A program made the position numbers and the translations under genes. A stretch of DNA of 58,793 nucleotides, filler included, from Jimgerdemannia flammicorona (Eukaryota), in the NCBI GenBank assembly GCA_003990765.1. It is 2 parts of 2 records of this genome, joined end to end, with 100 filler letters (N's around TTAATTAATTAA, not from the genome) between each part and the next. Parts side by side here need not be neighbours in the genome. Positions count along the whole stretch, not along the records: positions 1 to 29,350 come from RBNJ01000502.1; 1 more part is not named here. The stretch is one strand, 5' to 3'. Shown here in pieces: positions 13,717 to 24,104 of the stretch. The notes under the pieces are model-generated. The model worked only from the letters and a program-made list of their open reading frames with translations. It was not told where the DNA came from and made no database searches. Positions within the stretch are counted from its first letter, which is position 1. Each line of letters opens with the position of its first letter.

Positions 13717-14399
13717 AATATATATATACTTATATATATATATATATGATATTATTAATATCAATAGATTAGTTAACAGTATTTTCCAGTACTGATATTA
13801 CTTCAAGTCAGACTTCTTTAAACAATATCCTGCCTTTTTTAAATAATATTTCATGCTATACTCCTTATTCTGAAGTTTGGCAACAATGTACCAAGACTGG
13901 AGAAAAAGAAAGGTACTTGTAAGTATTATAGATATTTTTTTATTTTTTTTTTAAAAAATAAATAAAATTTATAACTACTTTAGATATATTTTAGTATAAG
14001 TGTAAAATTTTCAAAATATAGGCAGAGGTCTAAGACAAATAGTAGTTTTATACAAATATAATAAAGTATATAAAAGCTCACCATTCAGATAAAATAGAGT
14101 TGAATATAGCATTATGTAAAAGTGATATTTCAGCTGTAGTAAGTAAATAATCTCTTTCTTATTTTAGTATAGATTTGAACATATATCTTTTATACTTATT
14201 AAGTTCATTCTTTGTTTTTTTTTAAAAAAAAAAAAATTAATTATATTTAACTTTTGAGTTTTGAAATTGACTTATTTATTGGATTATATATAAAGACTAA
14301 CTATTTGAGTACTTCTTTAATCTTATCAAGTCTGAATTATATACTCTAAGTACTGATACAATTAGTGCTCTGAACGAGTCAATTCAAATCAAATCCGGA

Positions 14400-14800
14400 T
14401 TTGATTTGTCACATGACGGTTTGATTCGAATCTCAAATCCGAAGCCATCCGAATCAACTTGGATTTAATCCAAATCGCCCCATCTGAATCGCCCCATCTG
14501 AATCACCCATCCGAACCACTCCAATCCGAATTACTCAATCTGAATCACTCAATCCGAATCACCTCATCTGAATCACCCCATCCAAATCACCCATCCAAAT
14601 CACCCATCCGAACCACTCCAATCCGAACCACTCAATCCGAATCACTCAATCCGAATCACTCAATCCGAATCACTCAATCTGAATCACTCAATTCGAATCC
14701 TCCAATTCGAATCCTCCAATTCGAATTCTCCAATTTGAATCCTTCAATCTGAATTCTCATCCGAATCCTTCAACTGAATCCTCCAATCCAAATCCTCCAC
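14400..14800 (+). repeat. Left subterminal repeats of the hAT, (ATCCGAATCACTCA)-like units
   Basis: Many imperfect copies of atccgaatc and attcgaatc; candidate transposase-binding sites. Confidence 0.85.
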
Positions 14801-14892
14801 ATGACTCATATGCCGGACGTATCCACAACACAACACACACACATACATACATATACATGCATACACATGCACATGCAAACATGCAAACACAC

Positions 14893-17469
14893 ATGTCGAC
14901 AGATCAGTCTTCAACAGTTCACAGTACCAATGATGCTTCAAGTCAAACATCCCTGATAGTTCCACACCTTCCACGCAATCCTTGCTCCGAAATCTGGCAA
15001 CATTGTACTAAGATAGGAGATGATGTTGTTTGTAATTATTGCAGGTAAAAAATTAAGATGCACCTATTGACACTTTGTTTTGACACACACATGATATTGT
15101 TTTGACACACACATGATATTGTTTCATCCACCCCCATGAACTGCACCAGCCAGAAGTTCAAAATGCTTGGGGGTATGACTTTGAACATGAATCGACATAT
15201 AAAAGACAAGCACTCTGACAAAATCAAAAAGAACACAGAGACAAATAAAATCGACATCCAAGCTGTAGTGGGTACGTTTATCCAATTGCCTGACCATTTC
15301 TGTACCAACAATGCCATTTAATCAAAAATTTTAGCCATACTCTTTGGCAGAATTTCGAAATCGGCTCATTCGCTGGATTGTGTGCACAGACCAGCCATTC
15401 ACAACCATCAAGAGTGATCAATTGCATAGCATCTTTGGCCTCCTCAAGTATGATTTATATTTGCCAAGTGCCGATACTATTTGCAAAGATGTCCTGGAGG
15501 CCTATAGGAAGGAGCACGACAATCTCCGCCAGACACTTCAGGTAAAATAAGGGCAGCACTGTGACCTTTGCAAGCTGAATTATACAAAAGAGCTCACCAA
15601 TTTAACCTCACATTCAATAAGCAGAATTCGGCAGGCAAAATTTCATTTACGATTGACACATGGACATCCCCCAATGCAATTTCATTTCTGGGCATTACCG
15701 GTCATTGAATTGACCTCGATTGGTAGCTTAAATCTCTCACCCTTGACTTCGTCAAACTTGCTGGCCCTCATTCTGGAGATAACATTGCAGATGCTTTTAT
15801 TAGTTGTATCCAGGAGCTTGGGATCACCACTAAGGTAAAAAAGGGGGGCTTGCTGTCAGATTGGCGTTTTGAGAGAGGTCCTAAACCAAACCAGATTTTA
15901 TTGGTTACTTATTTTCACATAAATTTGTCAACCAAATATTTCAAGTACAGATTTTGGCCATTATGATGGACAATGCCACAAACAACTCAACATTTTTTCA
16001 AGGTTTAGCGGCCAGCCTCAAATAGGAAAATGTGGCCTTCAGTGCAGAAAGCTGCCGTGTGTGATGCCAGGCCCACATACTGAACCTCACTGTTCAGGAC
16101 TATCTTACGCACGTAGACAAAACATCCGAGAGAGGAGGGGCCCTGAGTATAATTTCCAAGCTGTGCAAACTGGTTGTGTCAGTCCGATCATCCCCACAAC
16201 AATGAGACAAATTTGCTGCGCAGTGTAGGGCAATCAGTTTAGCCCTGAAGAGCTTATATTGGATGTCTGTATATGTTGGAACTCAACATTTGCAATGATC
16301 CAGCACGTGCTGGAGTTTGCTGTAGTATGCATCCTTTTTTTCTTCAGTCAGCTGAAGCAACTGTTTCGGATGATGGAAGATTTATTTTTTAAAAAAAAAA
16401 AAAAAAGCCAATCGATTCAATGATGGCTGCCAACAAGGAAATATGAGCCGAGGCTCTAGGTGAAAGTGAGAGAGACATACTTAGGAATATTGTCAGAGTT
16501 TTGGAAGTAAGTGGTGGTTGCCCTGGCTCCACACTTGTTTTGTCTGCCTCCGCAGTGCAACACCTCACCATATATAACTGCCAGTGTTTCGACGATTGTA
16601 CGAAGGATATAGTCAAACAAACGACCCCAACAATAAGCTCTGCGATACCAGTATACAACCTTCTGATTGACCGGCTAGAGGACAAGCTCAAGGACAGGCT
16701 GGAGGGTTGCGGTGATTTACGGTTAAGCCCGGATCAGAGAGATGCCATGGTGGTTGCTCTAAGCAAGCTTAGAAGATACTACACCCAAACAGATACTGCC
16801 GTATACTCAATCAGTACAGGTATGTCGATGTCGGCATATAGCCATTGCCCCTTCCAAAACAGAGGAAACCCCACAAAAACTCATTCTCCTTTCTTCGAAC
16901 AGTGCTGGACCCATGCTTAAAGCTACAATATCATAAATATCAGGGCTGGGAGCAGCACTTCATTGAGAGAACCAAGCAGGCCATAATTGAAGTGTACCGG
17001 AAAAACTATGCACCGCTGCAAGGTTCTGGCCGAAGTCCAGATGAATATGCTGAGGGATCCCTCCTGTCCCACATTTACTTCAGCAGAAAGAGGAAGAGGG
17101 AGCCATCAGTGGAAGAGCTGCCATCAATAGACGAACTTACCATTTACCTCGCCAGTGACCACGTGGTCCTGCTGGAGGGTATGGAGGTGCTCAACTGGTG
17201 GAAGGTGGGTTGTCAGGCGAGCATTGGGCCAATTTAACCCACCAATCTAACCACCGCTCTACCCACCGGGGCATGTAGCTGGGTCAAACGGCTTCCCCAG
17301 CCTGTGTGGTATGGCTCGGGACTACCTGGCGATTCCTGCCTTCAGCGCTCCTGTTGAGCGAGTGTTCTCAGGTGGGGTGGATCTTGTTGCCCCAAAGAGG
17401 TGTGCACTGAATGCTGAGATAATCCGGGCATATATGTGTCTGAAGTTTTGGTGGGGCTCGGGCCACTAA
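14893..17469 (+). pseudogene. hAT transposase, multi-exon, with premature stops (BED finger, DDE core, C-terminal dimerization domain)
   Basis: EIWQHC...CNYC (BED), ISFTIDTWTS (first Asp, about 15640-15670), MDNATNN (second Asp, about 15965), CQAHILNL (CxxH), WNST (about 16277), VLDPCLK, and APVERVFS (Glu, about 17346-17370). GT-AG introns separate the motifs. Several in-frame TGA/TAG codons. Confidence 0.93.
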
Positions 17470-17609
17470 AATTCGGCAGGTCCGCAGATGAGTTGGTTGG
17501 CCTTGTGGAATATTTAATACCTGTCAAATTAATAAAAAGGAAAAAAAACCTGAGGACTCGGCCTGGAGTTTGCAGCCAAAGTGGGGTGGGGTTGGCGGCG
17601 GTGGTGGCG

Positions 17610-17935
17610 GAGGGGGCGTGTAAGGGGCAGCCCCAAGCTGCCAGTGCCTGGGTCAGTGGGTGGGTCAGTGGGCGGGTCGGTGGAGGGAGCACGCAAAATT
17701 TGCAGCCCTCCACCGGCAGCAAGGGGCAGCCCCAAGCCGCAAGTGTCTGGGTCGGGGGGGGAGGTGGAGAGAGCGCGCAAAATTTGCAGCCCTCCACCAG
17801 CAGCGAGGGGCAGCCCCAAGCTGTCAGCACCTGGGTCAGTGGGCAGGGTCGGTTGGTGGGCGGGGCAGGCGGAGGGAGTACACAAAATTTGCAGCCCTCC
17901 ACCAGCAGCATAGGGGCAGCCCCAAGCTGCCAAGG
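17610..17935. repeat. GC-rich tandem repeat (about 85-105-bp units, roughly 3.5 copies) between the two convergent hAT genes
   Basis: Repeated gcaaaatttgcagccctccaccagcagc..ggggcagccccaagctg...ctgggtc. Confidence 0.85.
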
Positions 17936-18215
17936 AGTCCAGGGCAGAGGGTGCTTCTGGTGGTCAGAGGGTGCTTCTGGCGGTCGGAGGGCATTTCCGG
18001 CAGTCGAAGTTGCCGGTTTGGGTCCCACGGGCACCCCAGCCCTGCGCCGCAGCGCTGCACCGGCGGCACTACAGAGCATGGCCGAGGGGCCGGTAGGGCC
18101 CTGCATAACAGCCAAGCTAGTGCTACATAAGAGGCGCCCAGCCCCACCCCCCTACATAAGACTGCCCAACCTATACAAAATGGCTGCCTAACCCTCACGA
18201 AAGATTGCCTAACCC

Positions 18216-20345
18216 TCACAAAAACTGCTCCACCCACCGGTCCCAGGCCTTGATGAGCCTGTCATCTGTTGTAAGTGTGACAACTGTTGTGTCCGAGCTC
18301 TCCTTGAAGGCGATGGTGCCATGGTGGTCATGTGGTTGGAATAGGATGGCCATGTTGGCCACAAACGGGACCCCGAAACCATAGGTAAGGTCATACCAGA
18401 CTCTACCGCTATCCTCCCAGGTTGGGCCCTTCCTTTTCGGGATGTAAAACATTACCGGGGTGATGTTGTTGTCTGTGTGTATGGGCAGAGAAAGGTTGTG
18501 CCCGACATATCCTGATGTGACGTGAGCATACGGTTGAGTGAACCCTTGGCCCAGGACCTCATACTGCCAGGCTGTGCTGGTGGATGCCTGCCCTTGGTCC
18601 AGCCCCGGGAGCCCCGGCTTGGAAATCTGCCAAAACGGATGGCAACCAGTCAGTCCTTTTTGCATTCGGGGGGCAGAAACCCCCCGGGCCGCAGAAACCC
18701 CCTGGGCTGCAGCACCCCAAAAAAGCAGAGCTCCTCACCTCATACGGCATACTAAATTGTGCCAAGAACATACGTACAGCCATGCCAAGATCACCACCAA
18801 GCTGGCCTGCCATATGCTCTACCAATCTGCTCAAAGAACCCCAGATCATAGCCGCCATCGCCACACAGGCCATGTCATGCTCGTGTGCAGTTTGCTCTTT
18901 GACGGCACTTCTAAAGTTCCAGTAGGGGTACAGAATCTTGTGTATCCCTGGAATTGTATCAAAAAGAGTATGTTGGCAAAGAGTGTGATTTATCTGGGGA
19001 GGGGTTAAAAAAAAAGGGAGATGAGTGCGGGGGATTTCGGAACCCACCCTTCGCCAGTGTTGCAGTATACCCAATTCTCGTCCAAACCCCCCCTCCTTGC
19101 TTTTTTCGCCCCCTCTTCTCTGCCACCTGGTATTTGATGTAATCCTTGCAAATCTCGTTGATGTGGCAGCAAAGCTCGTCGCCGTAGAGGTTCCTTACCA
19201 CCATCACAACCACCTCTCCACGTTTGTTAATAAAGATATGGTTCTCTTCGTCGTTGGTTACTCCTGCTGGCCAATGGACCCCTTGGTCGAGTATGATTGG
19301 CTCTGATTTGAATGTAGACCCCCAAGCCTTGATGACGATGCTGGTACTGCTCATGCTGAACATCTTGCCCTCGAATTTCTCTATTTGATCAGATGCCAGA
19401 CGTGGTTGAACTCAGGTAACTTTGAACTCTCCTTTTCAATGGAACTGAGTCCTGATCTGAGGGACTGAGATAAGTATGCAGACAGGTTGCATGCGGGCAG
19501 GTTGCGTGTGGGCAGATTGCAGGCGGGTTGCATGCGGGCGAGTTGCATGTGGGCAGGCAGGTTGTGTGCGGATGGGTTGTGTGCGGGTTGCGTGTGGGTG
19601 TGGGTGTTTTTTAGGGGGAGACTATATAAAAATGAAATTAAATAAAACACGGAGATGGGTATTTCAGAAAAAGAGCATGAGTGAGTGAGCTATATGCCAA
19701 CGAGTTGCATGCTGACGAGTTGCATGCCGATGAGTTGCATGCCGACAAGTTGCATGCCGACAAGTTGCATGCCGACGAGTTGCACGCCGACAAGTTGCAT
19801 GCCGACGAGTTGCATGCTGATGAGTTGCACAAGAATTGCTCATGAAGGCTTGCTTCTGTTCCTTTTGAGACCTCCGCCACGCAATGCATTGACTCAACAG
19901 CTCAGCCACCAAAGGCATGCCCCACAACGTCCACCAGCCTTTCTTCATCTTGACCAGATGTTGCGAATAAAGTTGGCAGATCTTGCCATAGAGCTGTGGA
20001 CCCTAAGAAAAGCACGAGGTGAATTGGGTCATGCTGGGAAAGTTTAAAAAAATAAACACAAGTAAACAAGTGGCAGCCAAGTGAGCAACCTACATCTCCT
20101 ATCGGCTGCTCCAAAAAGGCTGCCGTGTACATAGCTGTGAGGTCTGTGAATTCCGAGGTCTGAAGGGCCGCCGTGAGTTGTTGCTGGAATTCTCCCTCAT
20201 CCCCGCCATCGCCATCACCACCGCCACCGCTGTCACCCCTTTGGCTCTCGATGAGCAGCTTGTGTGCTGTCCATATGAGAAAGAATCTAATATTGTCAGC
20301 AGAGAGTGCATTTCCACCTCGAATACTCCCTCTTTTGATAATCAT
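18216..20345 (-). pseudogene. Putative TET/JBP-like Fe(II)-dependent dioxygenase cargo gene, spliced, with a few stops and a probable frameshift
   Basis: Last exon 18216-18626 reads ...HNLSLPIHTDNNITPVMFYIP...GFGVPFVANMAILFQPHDHHGT... (HxD at 18471-18479, distal His at about 18321-18326). An upstream exon reads HIFINKRGEVVVMVVRNLYGDEL...GGGVWTRIGY. GT-AG introns at 18627-18738, 18994-19047 and 20034-20093. The exon structure between about 19460 and 19900 is uncertain. Confidence 0.7.
19480..19830. repeat. Two blocks of about 15-bp tandem repeats inside the cargo gene region
   Basis: (GAGTTGCATGCCGAC)n, about 9 copies at 19698-19830, and the related (GGTTGCRTGYGGGCR)n at 19480-19595. Confidence 0.9.
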
Positions 20346-20544
20346 TGCAGGGTGAAAAATGAGTAGACTGGACCAATGTATGAATTAAGGGCTGCTGTTT
20401 TGTTTGCTCGTGATGTGGCAGGAAAGAACAAAGAAAAAGAATAAAGAAAAGAGAGGGAACAAAGGAAAGGGTGATGTCACCAAAGTGCGGCAGAAAAAAA
20501 AAACAAGAGCGAAATGAACAAAAGAAAGGGTGATGTCACCAAAG

Positions 20545-20750
20545 ATTTCAATCCGAATAGATCAATCTGGATGAGTCAATCCGGATGGATCATCCAGATG
20601 GATCATCCAGATGGATCAATCCAGATGGATCAATCCGGATGGATCAATCCGGATCTATCCAGATCAATCTGGATCAGATCACGAGACCAATCTGAGTTGA
20701 TTCAAATCCATCACATGATGAATCTGAATCGAATCTCATCCGGATCAACT
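20545..20750 (+). repeat. Right subterminal repeats of the hAT, (ATCCRGATGGATC)-like units
   Basis: Repeated atccggatggatc and atccagatggatc. Confidence 0.85.
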
Positions 20751-20944
20751 CCATTCGTTTGGAGCACTAGATACAATATATTTATAATGATATTATAGAG
20801 AATTATAAAAAAGAATATATATAATAATCTCTATCAAAGCTTCAGATAAATTATTTAGATTATTATTAGTAATATTAGGAGTATTATTCAATTAATTAGC
20901 AGTGTGAGGAGGGGGCAAAATGGGAGCCAGAAGAGGACCAAACA

Positions 20945-21560
20945 GTCCAGGAGCAAAGCCCAAGCTATAGTTAAAGGCAAAGGAGTCAGAGGGAAGATAA
21001 GATATGAAGAAGGTAGAAAATATGGACAGACAAAGAATAGGGTGGAAAATGTATCTGTTGTTTATTACTATGCAAAAGTTCTGTCCTTATATATAAATAT
21101 AAAGTCTCAAAAAGAAATAATGCACTATAATATAGAGATAACTGAATTAAGAATATGCCATATAAAGATAAGAAGAAGAGCCAATCTCAGAGTGAGCATA
21201 AAATCAGAAACAAATAAATCCAAATCAAGATTAGTATTAGAAGAGAGTGCAATAGGAGTCATGAGAGGACTAAAAGGTCCAGGGGCAAAGCCTGAGCTAT
21301 GGTTGAAGGTGAAGGAGAAGAAGGGGAGGTAAGATATGAAAAAGGTAAGAAATAAGAATAGACAAATAACAGAGTAAAAAATGTATTCATTGTTTATTAC
21401 CATGCAAAAGTACAGTCCTTACATTTAAATATAAAGTCCCAAAAAGAAATGATATGCCACAATATAGAGATAACCAAATTAAGAACCTCATATTATATAA
21501 AGATAAGAAGGAGAGTCAATTCTAGAGTAAGCATAAAATCAGAAATAAACAAATTTAAAA
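20945..21560. repeat. Two diverged copies of an about 280-bp direct repeat, probably terminal repeats of an unidentified element
   Basis: 20945-21225 versus 21277-21560; shared ttgtttattac.atgcaaaagt...gtcctta...aaatataaagtc.caaaaagaaat...gcataaaatcagaaa. Confidence 0.8.
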
Positions 21561-22239
21561 AACATCTATAGATCCTGAAAGAGTGAGTGAGAATAAGAGA
21601 TAGAGATTGAGCAAAGTGAGCCATAGTGAACCTGAGGCAAAGCCCAGAGGCTGAAGTCAGTAGAGGAGAGCAAAGTAAAGACTAAAGATTCCAGAGCAGG
21701 TGTGAGACTCTGGAGGGGGCAAGGATGTTTTTAAATCTTCTCCAGCAGAGCCAGAGGTATCTGAAGGTGATAAAAATGCAAAATGATAGTGTTGGATAAG
21801 TGAAGAAACAGAAGAAAGGTATGGATAAACAATAGAAGTATACTGAGAAAGAGATGATAATCCATGATACAAAAGAGAAAAGTGCAGGACAGCATCAGGA
21901 CATTGTATAGCCCAGTGAGCTTAAGAAGAGAGGGTATAGAGAGAGTAAGAAGGGAAGGAGAGAAGAAAGAGAGAGTAAGTAGGAGAGAGAAGGGAAGAGT
22001 AAATAATATACCATTCAACTAGAGATCTCAGATGGCTGACCATATGGCCAATGGCTGGTCAGAGTAGCTCAACCTTAAATTTACAGCTAATTAGCCAAGT
22101 GGCTCAGCCTTAAATTTAGCCTAACCAGTTATCTTGGTCAAATTTACAGCTAACTAGTTAAGTGGCATTTATGGATCTTTTATTTAATTTAATTTGATAA
22201 TCAAAATACCAAATAAGATCTGGCCTGGGGAGCAAACAG

Positions 22240-24104
22240 ATCTTTCTCTAGTAACATTCAGATTATACAACCTTTTGGCAGTACTCACAACACTATTTTT
22301 AGAGAAAAGCAATTAGCAACATAGCAACTAATGTGTATTCTGAGGTGTATACTGGGCAGGGTGGCCCTAGTACATTCAACTGGCAGTATGTGAGAAGGGG
22401 TCCTGGCTTAGGTGGAAGCATGAGGGGTCTGCTGATGGGAGGGCATAGATGGAGAGGAAGCAGGATTAGAGGGCAGGGGCAGAGAGGGCAAGTTTCACAG
22501 ATATGATGAAGGGGGGACAGCCAGCATCTGAGCTAGAGGGCTGGCTGAGAAAGAGCAAGGAGACAGTGAAGACAGCAGGGTGAGGGAGTAGTCCTTGGTG
22601 GTTGGGGCAGTGGAGCTGGGGGTGTAGTGGCTGAGATGAGTGTGATGGCTGATGGCAACAGGACTGCCAATCTGGAAAAAAATCCAGATATAACTACTGA
22701 TGGCAGGGCTGGGAGGATGGGGCTTGGATGGATGGGGGATCTGGCAGATGGTGTGACAGACCTAGTGATGGCCCCATTACTCAAGAAGTCAATCTTGGAG
22801 TTCATGATTATTTTGTACTTCCAGGGCTTAGCAGTAATGGTGAAAATAGTTTTGGGGCTGATTGCTAAGCAGGTGGCTGGAGCAGTATCCATGAAGTTCC
22901 TGAAGGGATTGAAAGAAGTGGAGGTGGATTTTGAGGAGACTGGGCTATTAGAGGAAGCACTGAAGGCTAGACTGACTATTGCAGAGATGTGAGTTCTAAT
23001 GGTATACTGCTTGAGGTGAGACCCCAGTATGGTGTAGCTGCTGGTAAAAAGGGTGTCCATGGTGACCACTGTGGAGATAAGGAGAAGAGTTCAGGAAGTT
23101 ATAACCAAGTATGGGGAGGTGATTGATATTGGGTTCTGGGTCTGAGAGGGGACCTCATTCAGAACTGGGGATGTTGATGTTAGGATTTAGTTAGCAGAGA
23201 AGAAAGTTACTGGAAAGGCTAGGGACTAGCCTTCAGTGATAGTTTGGGGGGCTTTCTTGTACAAGGTGACAAGGATGAAGAGGAGTAAGGAGGAGAAAGA
23301 GGATTTGTTGGAGATACTGAAGGAGCTGAGTAGTGCAGTGGAGTGGAGGGTAAAGGCTTGGAAGGTATATGTGGAGTCAATACATTTGGAGGTAGTGGAT
23401 GAGAAGAGGATCTGTATAGATAAGAGGCTGTGGAAAAGGTCCCAAGGATGCAAGAGGCCAAGAGAGCTGTTGGTGAATCTGGAGAGCAGGGTGAAGAAGG
23501 ATGCTGGTGGAATTGGGGTCATAGGGGGAGCCAAAGTGGATATCTGGGCTGGCAAAGATGGAGGGAGTGTGGAGAAGGGGCCAGAAGTGGACAAGGAGGT
23601 GACTGGTAATGACTCATATGCAGATGGTATGTTTGAGGCCTGGGAAGACTCCCCAACTCCTATTCCTCTTATTAGATAAGGTCCAGCTTCAAGAGGCAGA
23701 GTGGCAGAGGATGTACTCAGATGGAGGGCCTAGCAAGTACACTTTGGAGTTTCTGAGGTAGCAAAGGAGAGACAGGTAGTGGTAGTTGGTAAGGATGAAC
23801 TGGTGGATGTCCAAGAGGAGGAGTGAGATGAGACTATAAGCATAGAAGCTCATATCTTGATGCTAGATAGAGGAAGGGCAGCGACTCCAGGGGAGAAGGA
23901 GGTGGGAAACCTACTATAGATATACAGGATGATGAACAACTTTGTAGCAGAGAAGTTGGGAGAGGTGGACCTGTAATTGAAGAGTGAAGAGCATTGAGCA
24001 CAGATTCTGTATAGTAATGGAGTGGTAGAGACACTGAAGACAGAGGTTCTTGCAGTTTTCCTAGAGGAGGAAGGGTATGGGGTTGATAAGGAGACAGCAG
24101 ATAC
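22240..24104 (+). mobile_element. LINE family 1 copy: intact 5' end and most of ORF1, 3'-truncated
   Basis: 5' motif atctttctctagtaacattcagattatacaa; ORF1 peptides PLLKKSI...KFLKGL and WGAFLYKV. Confidence 0.88.

Larger units (their letters stand above)
14363..20769 (+). mobile_element. Complete hAT (Ac-like) DNA transposon, 6407 bp, with transposase plus a second cargo gene
   Basis: TIRs TAGTGCTCTGAACGA (14363) and, as reverse complement, TAGTGCTCCAAACGA (ending 20769). 8-bp TSD GATACAAT at 14355-14362 and 20770-20777. Subterminal repeats at both ends and hAT transposase motifs inside. Confidence 0.95.
13320..20900 (+). mobile_element. Older decayed hAT element (left TIR and BED-finger/transposase 5' part), split by the younger hAT; own sequence is 13320-14362 and 20778 to about 20900
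   Basis: Starts tagtgctctgaatgag, the same TIR as the young copy. 13860-13930 matches the BED exon (EVWQQCTK versus EIWQHCTK). 14255-14362 joined to 20778-20850 matches the young EFRNRLIRW...PSADTICKD...LQ exon. Confidence 0.8.

Noticed and set aside
14459..14752. SES/PNH-repeat ORF (and 20514-20798 at the other end)
   Set aside because: Translation of the hAT subterminal repeats.
17342..18237. Several overlapping ORFs of 110-257 aa on both strands
   Set aside because: They arise from stop-poor GC-rich tandem repeats between the two real genes and show no domain signal.
19685..20047. (MPTSC)n plus-strand ORF
   Set aside because: Antisense reading of the 15-bp tandem repeat within the minus-strand cargo gene.
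22240..22275. LINE 5' motif as a possible snRNA- or tRNA-derived head
   Set aside because: I see no convincing match to U2, U6 or tRNA A/B boxes; it is more simply an element-internal promoter or initiator.
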